Of a DNA stretch of 6,649 nucleotides, positions 1 to 6,492 are shown in pieces (position 1 is the stretch's first letter; every line of letters begins with the position of its first letter). Both the position numbers and the translations under genes were made by a program. The DNA is from Paraspadella gotoi (Eukaryota > Animalia > Chaetognatha): positions 1 through 6,649 of the forward strand of contig JBJCIZ010000154.1 of NCBI GenBank assembly GCA_051294375.1, in the 5' to 3' direction. The notes below the pieces were generated by a model that was not told where the DNA came from, did no database searches, and saw only the letters and a list, made by a program, of their open reading frames with translations.

Positions 1-21
1 CCTAACCCCTAATCCTAATCC
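1..21 (+). repeat. Degenerate telomere-like repeat (CCCTAA/CCTAAT variants), truncated by window edge
   Basis: cctaacccctaatcctaatcc; about 3 imperfect units. Confidence 0.6.
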
Positions 22-54
22 TGACAAAAAACAACAAAATCCTTCTTGAGCCTA

Positions 55-122
55 GTCGACAGCCGGAGCTCTTTAAAGTCTTCCTCCATCAGCATCCTCG
101 GCATCCAGCTCCGACTGTCGAC
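55..122. repeat. 16-bp inverted repeat / stem-loop with 36-nt loop
   Basis: GTCGACAGCCGGAGCT (55-70) vs AGCTCCGACTGTCGAC (107-122): 15/16 complementary. Confidence 0.85.
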
Positions 123-152
123 AAGTGTTAGGATGTTTAAAGTTATTTTTTA

Positions 153-332
153 ATTTTATGATATTTTGAATAATTTTTGATATTTCATATTTTTTTTTTT
201 GGTATTTCATATTTTATTTTTGATATTTCATATTTTAGTATTTCGTATTTTCTTTTTTGGTATTTCATATTTCATTTTTGGTATTTTGTATTTTATTTTT
301 GGTATTTCATATTTCATTTTTGGTGTTTCCAT
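153..332. repeat. ~21-bp T-rich minisatellite, about 9 copies
   Basis: Consensus about TTTTGGTATTTCATATTTYAT, repeated with variable T-run lengths. Confidence 0.9.
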
Positions 333-512
333 AGTCAATTTTGATTCGATAATTACCTGTTAATACCCCTTATATATTGTAAATTTTATTCAACATACAA
401 TCAATCACTCGGTGGACGACAAATTATTTTACTGAATTTTATTAACCCGTATATTTCAAGAAGGGGACGTGCGGCCACCTCGAGCAAGTCGAATCCAATT
501 AAAGAAACAACA

Positions 513-588
513 TATCCGCTCCGGGGATCGAACCCGGGCTCAAGGGTTTGGGATGCCTAAGTCACCGACCTCGGCCCACCAAGCAGCC
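513..588 (-). mobile_element. tRNA-derived Pol III head (SINE head or tRNA pseudogene)
   Basis: Minus strand reads GGCTGCT TG GTGG GCCGAGGTCGG TGAC T TAGGC ATCCCAA ACCCT TGAGC CCGGG TTCGATC CCCGG AGCGGAT A (76 nt). It has a perfect T-arm with B-box GGTTCGATCCC (524-534), an A-box-like TGGGCCGAGGTCGG and a partial acceptor stem. The D and anticodon stems are broken; nominal anticodon CCC. Confidence 0.7.
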
Positions 589-1011
589 ACAAAAGCTTAG
601 CCATTAAATCCTTCTAAATAACTTTAAATCGATTTCAAGACTTATGTTTTCTAATGCAAAGTAAATTGTTCGCCAAGAGATGTTTCACCTATCTGTGTAT
701 TTGTTAATCGCGACCTATCTTTAACTGATTGTTCTTTGAATTTGCTCAGTCTGGTTTTTAATCTCGATTGAATATATATGCAAAACTTTATAGTTGAAAA
801 CGTTTTTTTATTCTTTCTCACAATGTAACTAAGTACATTTTTAAGAAGAGAAAAACTCTAATCAAAATCAAAACAAATTCATCAATTAAACAAACTCGAT
901 AAATATAATTCGATTTACTAACGATGTGCCTTCCCTGCAACTAACGACATCTTGGATTAATATCCAGACTGTGTAGTCTTAGAACCACAACGTCACAGCG
1001 TTCCAGGTCCT

Positions 1012-1025
1012 AGGTCACGTGACCT
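1012..1025. promoter_or_regulatory. 14-bp palindrome containing E-box/CLEAR-type motif GTCACGTGAC
   Basis: AGGTCACGTGACCT is a perfect palindrome and matches the MiT/TFE/USF bHLH-ZIP consensus. Function unproven. Confidence 0.4.
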
Positions 1026-1057
1026 CAGTTCCAATTGTTTCCTGAGACCTAGCCGAA

Positions 1058-1090
1058 GGGTTAGGGTTAAGGGTTAGGGTCAAGGTTAGG
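1058..1090 (+). repeat. Interstitial telomere-like repeat (TTAGGG variants)
   Basis: gggttagggttaagggttagggtcaaggttagg; about 5 units, 2 perfect TTAGGG. Confidence 0.8.
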
Positions 1091-1223
1091 ACTGTCTTGA
1101 CCCATGTCACGCTGTGGCAAAACCCGTTTTTCAAAAGATTTTTGTTTTTTTTCAAAAGATATTTCCAAATCTACAAGAATATATCTCCCTTGTAAAATCT
1201 TTTGTTTACCTTTTTAATCGTTA

Positions 1224-1239
1224 ACTGAATTAATTCAGT
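1224..1239. repeat. Perfect 16-bp palindrome
   Basis: ACTGAATTAATTCAGT is its own reverse complement. Confidence 0.85.
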
Positions 1240-1747
1240 CAGGTTTCATGCTTGATTCATTACACATGTTTTTATCATTACTTTTATCACTCCTCCTTTT
1301 TATTACTCACTCAAAGGTAATTAATAGATTAACTGATAATGAGATAAAGAGAATGAAAACAAACTTACGATTTTAAAACTAATTTAAATCAACTCAAATT
1401 AATTCGAATTGAATAAGACTTAGATTTCAATTTAAAATCACCGATTAAATTATTAAATCAATTTGGAGTTAATATCACACCTTCCCTGCGACGTCACCTC
1501 TCTATCGTTAACGTCTTAGAACTGTGAATTTATGTTTGCCACGCCCTCCATCACGCAGTAGCGAGACTCCGGGGTCGCGCCACACTTGGTGAGATCAATG
1601 ATGAACAGGACTAACCTTCAAGCAGCGGAGATAATATTGGGCGAGAATTGAAATTTAATTGAGTTGCCCAATTTTCTCCCCTTTTCTCTTCGCTTTTCCC
1701 ATACAAAATCGACTGACCGACCATCGATGAGCAACTCGGACCTATGA

Positions 1748-2131
1748 TCGCCTATCCATTCGGCCCAACGCGACAACGAGCAGCAGCAGCAGCAGCAGCA
1801 GCGACAGCTCCAGGTCCCTTTCGGTTTTGGTAGAGGGGTGCGCTCACGATCTGTATCGCCAGTCTTCGCCGTCGCCGCGCCAGCCTTCGAGTTCCCAGCG
1901 ACTGACGCCCGAAACTTCGAGGACGCCGCCATGGCAACCGCCGGCGCCAATTCAGGGGATTTCCGCGACGAGAACGATGAGTTGCGCGCCGTCCTCGCCG
2001 CCGCGACTCGCGCGCTGGAGAGGGTGTCGACAATTATCAAAGGCGCCACGTCAATAACAAGAGACGCCCGAACCAAGTCAAAGTTGACAACGCTTTGCGA
2101 CGAACACGTGAAATTTGGAGACGAAGCTTAG
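1748..2131 (+). CDS. Hypothetical protein or terminal exon: polyQ, low-complexity linker and amphipathic/coiled-coil-like C-terminus; 5' end uncertain, possibly a pseudogene
   Basis: 127 open codons in a GC-rich island with GC-rich third positions (gcc/gac/ttc/cgc). Reads SPIHSAQRDNEQ7RQLQ...DENDELRAVLAAATRALERVSTIIKG...FGDEA*. GC falls right after TAG 2129-2131, and ATTAAA (2151-2156) plus a GT-rich stretch follow. The in-frame ATG at 1727 is cut off by TGA 1745-1747; an internal ATG lies at 1931. Confidence 0.45.
   Translation, partial: SPIHSAQRDNEQQQQQQQRQLQVPFGFGRGVRSRSVSPVFAVAAPAFEFPATDARNFEDAAMATAGANSGDFRDENDELRAVLAAATRALERVSTIIKGATSITRDARTKSKLTTLCDEHVKFGDEA
1781..1801 (+). repeat. (CAG)7 trinucleotide repeat
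   Basis: Seven perfect CAG units, read as polyQ in the plus-strand frame. Confidence 0.95.
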
Positions 2132-2893
2132 TCATGTGACCTGTCAGAATATTAAAGTGTTATTGTACTAAATCTCGGTCTTGTACTTTACAAATAAGCG
2201 AACGTCGGCCTTCGCCGAATTGTAAAAAAAATGCTCTTTATTTTTTAATCGCTTGAAATTCTTCAGTCGTGTTTTTGGCCGGGTAACAAATTGAACCCTC
2301 TCCCGTTTTATTTCCTTTTTGGTCGCTCCGGCAAGAAGAAAATCATTCCAAATCTCTGGCCAAAAAATGGTGAGGACAGAAATTTTTGAAAAAGCGCGAT
2401 AAGCCATTTTATTAATATTCTATTAAAACTTAGAAAATTTTACATATCATTTAGTCCGTTTGTAACTCATTAAACGGAATTAAGATTTTGTCAAGCATGG
2501 TTATCCCATTTTTTTCAGTGCTGTGCAGCCTCAGAATTCCTCTGGGATCACGGGTTTTTTGTTCTGACAGTCATTGGGGACGCGTCGTCGCGTATGTAAA
2601 GGTCAATCTTTTGGGTTCCATCTATTTAGTAGTGGCATCATTAATGTCATGTTTGACATTTGCCCAACTTAATGGGATATCGTCAATTTTTTGCAGAGGG
2701 AAATATAAGGAAGCAAAAACGATTTTTTTAGTCGGATCTGCTTATCAGCAGATCCCGACTCTATAACTCACTTTTTCGCGTCCGTCGTCACCGGCCGCCA
2801 CTCAATATTGTCGGCACACACTTTATATCATGTGCAGAACATCGAATTATGATATAAATTATGCAAAAAAAAAATGATGGCCGCGTCTCGTCT

Positions 2894-2931
2894 GTCCGCT
2901 CCGTCCGTCCGTCCGTCCGTCCAGTCCGTCC
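2894..2931 (+). repeat. (GTCC)n microsatellite
   Basis: Perfect (GTCC)5 at 2903-2922 with imperfect flanking units. Confidence 0.9.
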
Positions 2932-3629
2932 GGCGCGACCACCTTATGCAAAAAACTTCCAATGTTACCAACAGTGTAGATTGGAATGGATGGAATTGCG
3001 TATGATAATTTTGTTGACGAGCGAGTGGGATGGGCTACCAATTCGAATACATGAACGGAAAAACTACGTGGACGTGATCTGACTTATAGTTACTGATGGG
3101 TCATAGCTTTTGATTGAAGATATTATGACAGTTTCGAGGGAATCGATGTCGAGTTGGAAATTGGTTTAAAGGCAATCACAAAGAAAAACAAAAAAAATGT
3201 AAAACAAAATATGATTTCACTATTTAACCGCCAATTGCCTCATATGAGTGGATAGGCAATTGACTTGAAATTTTGTATTGATGGTAAGGAAAGTGTGTGT
3301 GATTGGAGCGGATATAAAGTTTCGATGGAATGCGTGGCGCACGTGTGGAAATGAAGTAAAATTAGGGAAAATATAAGACCTAAAGAGTCATATTTACTTA
3401 GAAGGTATTTTACTTCAAATTTACTCATAATTATCTCTTGTGATGTATAAAAATTGTTGTGATATGATAAATCCGGAAATTGAATTTTGTGCTGTGGGTA
3501 GGAAAGGTATGTGGATAAAGCTGGATTAAAAATATTTTTGATGCGAATCGTAGGAGTAGATAAAGAGTTCCAAATTAGAAAAGCCCAAAAAGACACATTT
3601 ATTTAACTTTTTAAAGGTTCCTCTTTCTC

Positions 3630-3663
3630 TGATTTGATTGATGATGATTGATTGATTGATTGA
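3630..3663 (+). repeat. (TGAT)n microsatellite
   Basis: tgatttgattgatgatgattgattgattgattga. Confidence 0.8.
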
Positions 3664-3935
3664 CAAATATGGTAATTGACCAATTATGCAGTTGACCAAA
3701 TTCTGCAAGTTAATTAAGTTTTTGCAAGTTGACCCAAATTATTGGCCTGTGACCAAAATTAGGCTAGGATAAAATTATGCCAGTTAACCAATTATGCCGG
3801 TTGACCAAATATCTTAATTGATCAATATGTCAGTGACATTATTGTTCAGTAGACAACAATATGTCATAACCAAATTTATGTCAGTTGACCAAATTATGCC
3901 AAGTTTGATTAAATTATGCAAGTTGACCAAGATAG
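3659..3935 (+). repeat. ~17-bp minisatellite, about 16 diverged copies
   Basis: Consensus about GTTGACCAAATTATGCA, repeated head-to-tail with small indels. Confidence 0.9.
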
Positions 3936-4783
3936 CTTATTACCACTTAATTACGAATGACCTGGAATTGTACTGTGAGTAGAAAAGTGTGTGATGTGAC
4001 TTGAACAGAAACCAAGTTCGATGGAATTCTTTTTGATGGAGAAATGAGTTTAAATGGAAGAAACAAAAAACCAATAAAACCTCGTTTTACTAATTGATTA
4101 TGCTTCTTTCCTTTATATTAAATGTATATGCAGAGTAATTAATAAGTCAATAATATCATTAATTAATCAACATCCAATAATAATCAATAATTTAATAAAT
4201 CGTCAATCAATCCGTCCATTCCGCTCCCACCTTTAGCAAAAACTCCTAACTCGTATTGGCCTGGTGGATTGAAATGAAATTTGTGTTGTAGGTGTAGGAA
4301 AGTGTGTGAATAAAGCTGATATAAAGTTTCGACGGGAATCGTGTGAGTGGAAATGAGTTAAGTGGAAAAACAAACATAAGTCGCATTACTCAAAATCTTT
4401 TACTTATTTAACCCAATAAGTACATCTAATTAATCATAATTGATGGATAGATTTGAGTTCAAATTTTTTGTGGGGGGGCTAGAAAAAGATGATGTTATGA
4501 TGCTTGATATAAAGTTTCGTGGAAACGTACGAGTGGAAATGAGTTTAAATGAAAAAAATATGAGTCCACATTTACCCTCCCAATCTTTTGACCTTATTTT
4601 TTAACCCATAATAGTTGAGATGAAATTTTGTGAGCGGGGTAGGAAAGGTGCTTGAAAAAAGCTATAATAAAAGTTTTACGGCGGAATGTGCCAGTGGGAA
4701 ATGAGTTTAATGGAAAAATACTCTAAGTCACATTTACTTGAAAGCCAGAAAAATGATACAAGTTAAACAGAATCCTAAAGCCA

Positions 4784-4940
4784 TAAGGATCGTCGCAATT
4801 TGCAAAGAGAGAAGAGATGAGAGAGAGAGAGGAGAAGCAAGTAAAATGAGCACTAAGGATCAATCGCAATTGCCAAAGAGAGAGAAAGAGGAGAGAGAGG
4901 AACGAGAAGAAAAGATATAGAAAGAGGAGAGAGTCGAGAT
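4784..4940 (+). repeat. GA-rich low-complexity tract with a 70-bp tandem duplication
   Basis: TAAGGATC(g/aa)TCGCAATT..CAAAGAGAGA starts at 4784 and again at 4854, each followed by (GA)n. Confidence 0.8.
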
Positions 4941-4980
4941 AAAAATTAGCGAATAAAAGTTGTTATTTATCTCACTGAAT

Positions 4981-5040
4981 AAAATACTTAAAATACAAAA
5001 TTACAAATAATACAAATAAAATACAAAATACATAAAATTG
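4981..5040 (+). repeat. AAAATAC-type simple repeat
   Basis: aaaatacttaaaatacaaaattacaaataatacaaataaaatacaaaatacataaaatt. Confidence 0.75.
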
Positions 5041-5582
5041 ATAAATATTATTCCAGACTAACCAAGCTCTGTTTAATCCACCATCAGCAACCTATACAAT
5101 CTAAGCAAGGCCTAAATATCTAGTAAGGCGGCAGCCAAATAAGGCGTTAAACTCTACCTAATTTTTACACTACTTAATGCTTTGATAATTCTAGAGATAA
5201 AAACTTATTTCGATCGTTTTTATTGTGACATAAGTTATTTTGAACCATCCCGCAATTATTTGTCGTTCTCTGCTTCTTCTCAGAAAAAAATAAGAAAACA
5301 AAAAATTCCCCAAATTTGGATTACTTAAAAAAACTGTTTTTTTTTTTTCAATTATATGTCAAACGGATATACATATTATTCTTATGTGTCGAGCGTATTG
5401 AAAGCATTCCATTAAACCCTTTCCCTCATCTCTTTCGTTGCGGCCGCGATCAGTCTGTCCGTTAGTCTATCATTACCACTTAAAAATTCAGTTATATTTG
5501 TTAAAGGTAACGTACTTTAATGGTGCGTATAAGTATATATACATAATAATAAATATACTGTCAGTATCACTATCTTCCTTAA

Positions 5583-5620
5583 CAAAAGTGATCACATACC
5601 AAAAGTGATCACGTGACCTA
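5583..5620. repeat. 13-bp direct repeat of palindromic GTGATCAC overlapping an E-box palindrome
   Basis: CAAAAGTGATCAC at 5583-5595 and 5600-5612; TCACGTGA at 5609-5616. Confidence 0.7.
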
Positions 5621-6186
5621 ATCCCAATGAGGCTGAACTGATTGTTTCAAGTTTTTTTTCAGTTCTCTCATTTGTTGTTTATACTATTATTAAATAAGCC
5701 ATTATAAGTTCATTCTCTTATAAACTTACTTCCCCTTTTCTTTATTTAACTTAAATGAAAATTATTAGCCATAATGATAAAAAATAATTCTATGGAGAAA
5801 AAGGGACAAAAGAACCAAAGAGAGCACAATAAAACAAAGATGAACTTTCTTTGCAATCTCATTTTTCTCGAACCGGTGACGACGACGACGAGACGACAAA
5901 GACCATTAAGTCGGATTAATTACCCCCTCATCATTCTGATTCAACGTTCTCGACAAGAAATACGAACTGGAATATTTGATTCGGCGACTCAAGTGAACTC
6001 TGTCTGTACTAAAGGAGTATATACATCTTGTCTCAATCTATGAGCAGCGCAATGATCAGGCGGCGCGACGAGAAGTCCCGCGCAGTCGAATTGATGAGCC
6101 GTAGTCGCCGTAGCGGTTCCTATAACGGCCGACGGCTGAGCGCCATAAGAATGGCTGAATATTGACTGACGTCAGATGCCGCATGA

Positions 6187-6492
6187 CATCTCGCGCAAGA
6201 GAGAAAGACTTGGCCGCATCTCCGTGGAGTCCTAATATTCTCCATCGTTCTTGGGGCGCAGAGGATCGTCGGTGGCAGAGAGAAGGTTGCCCGGACGTAG
6301 AAGATAGAATTAATTCATACCGGCGCTTGCCACGGCAATCCGATATTCGGGCGGCATAAGTATGCACTCGACATTGCTCACTGTTGGACGAAATAGCTCG
6401 AAGTATTACTGAGGATGACCGACCCGCAAAAGAAGAGGGATATAGCGATCTCTCGTACCGAGAGGGTCAGCACTATCTCACCATTCTGCTAA
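6187..6492 (+). pseudogene. Degenerate trypsin-like (peptidase S1A) N-terminal fragment, stop-interrupted and shortened
   Basis: One frame reads ...LRGVLIFSIVLGAQ RIVGG REKVART*KIEL IHTGA CHG NPIFGRHKY ALDI AHC WTK*LEVLL RMTDPQKKR DIAI SRTERVST ISPFC*. It has a hydrophobic leader, R|IVGG (6262-6276), Cys 6328, AHC (6376-6384), DIA (6439-6447) and PxC (6481-6489) in S1A order. There is no start codon, two internal TAGs, and no GDSGGP in the window. Confidence 0.4.

Larger units (their letters stand above)
994..1116. mobile_element. Possible MITE-like 123-bp element with 8-bp terminal inverted repeats, containing telomere-like repeats
   Basis: CACAGCGT (994-1001) and ACGCTGTG (1109-1116), extendable to 9/10 matches. 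Internal nested hairpins. No target-site duplication seen. Confidence 0.35.
2723..4738 (+). mobile_element. Helentron-associated non-autonomous element (HINE/DINE-1-like) with central tandem repeats; boundaries approximate
   Basis: T7 run, then inverted repeat AGTCGGATCTGC-ttatca-GCAGATCCCGACT (2730-2760), then CTATAACTCAC, a GTCC microsatellite and an array of long diverged repeats. This order matches the known HINE/DINE-TR layout. The 3' subterminal repeat and hairpin were not found. Confidence 0.5.
3120..4738 (+). repeat. Array of ~7 diverged copies of a ~120-bp core (unit about 160-215 bp)
   Basis: Core GAAATTTTGTG..GGTAGGAAAGTGTGTG..GATATAAAGTTTCG..GGAATCG..GAGTGGAAATGAGTTTAA..GGAAAAA..CACATTTACT. 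Copies at ~3120-3175 (partial), 3267-3398, 3482-3603, 3965-4091, 4276-4390, 4460-4576 and 4622-4738. Confidence 0.85.

Noticed and set aside
55-135. Hammerhead (minus strand CTGATGGAGGAAGAC) or HDV-like (TCCTCGG) ribozyme
   Set aside because: The core is not CTGANGA and lacks GAAA and stem II; the HDV P3 and P1.1 pairings cannot be formed.
513-588. Functional tRNA-Gly(CCC)
   Set aside because: The anticodon stem has only about 2 of 5 pairs, the D stem is poor and there is no adjacent T-run terminator.
1058-1090. Telomerase RNA template or true chromosome end
   Set aside because: Several degenerate units rather than a ~1.5-unit template; internal position; no supporting structure recognised.
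1114-1542. Element bounded by GTGGCAAA / TTTGCCAC inverted repeats
   Set aside because: Only 8 bp, no TSD, and it overlaps the other candidate TIR; compatible with chance.
1618-2076. Minus-strand 152-aa poly-Cys ORF and the overlapping ORFs 1752-2033 and 1827-2057
   Set aside because: Shadow frames of the GC-rich plus-strand ORF; poly-Cys and poly-Ala are just the CAG repeat read in other frames.
2135-2190. SECIS element (GTGAC...AAA) after the ORF
   Set aside because: No 3' GA quartet partner or helix II at the right spacing.
2168-3082. Short ORFs 2168-2407, 2488-2766, 2859-3041 and 2861-3082
   Set aside because: No recognisable domains or codon bias; they cross homopolymer runs and repeats. 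The small TCGGC-CTTC-GCCGA hairpin near 2204-2217 hints at a repeat remnant but is too little to call.
3240-3708. Minus-strand ORFs 3240-3596 and 3526-3708
   Set aside because: They lie within the tandem array; the frame is not conserved between copies.
3120-4738. CRISPR-like repeat-spacer array
   Set aside because: Repeats are about 120 bp and highly diverged, spacers are partly homologous and irregular, there are no cas genes and the context is eukaryotic.
4738-4920. 60-aa E/R/K-rich ORF
   Set aside because: Translation of the GA microsatellite.
5501-5520. TTAAAG...CTTTAA as a Kolobok/piggyBac footprint
   Set aside because: A short AT-rich near-palindrome with no element body.
5774-6367. 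ORFs 5774-6043 (+), 6056-6367 (-) and 6162-6359 (+) as genes
   Set aside because: No recognisable family. The latter two have non-ATG starts and R/S-rich composition typical of off-frame GC-rich DNA; the minus frame (about 137 open codons) cannot be fully excluded without a search.
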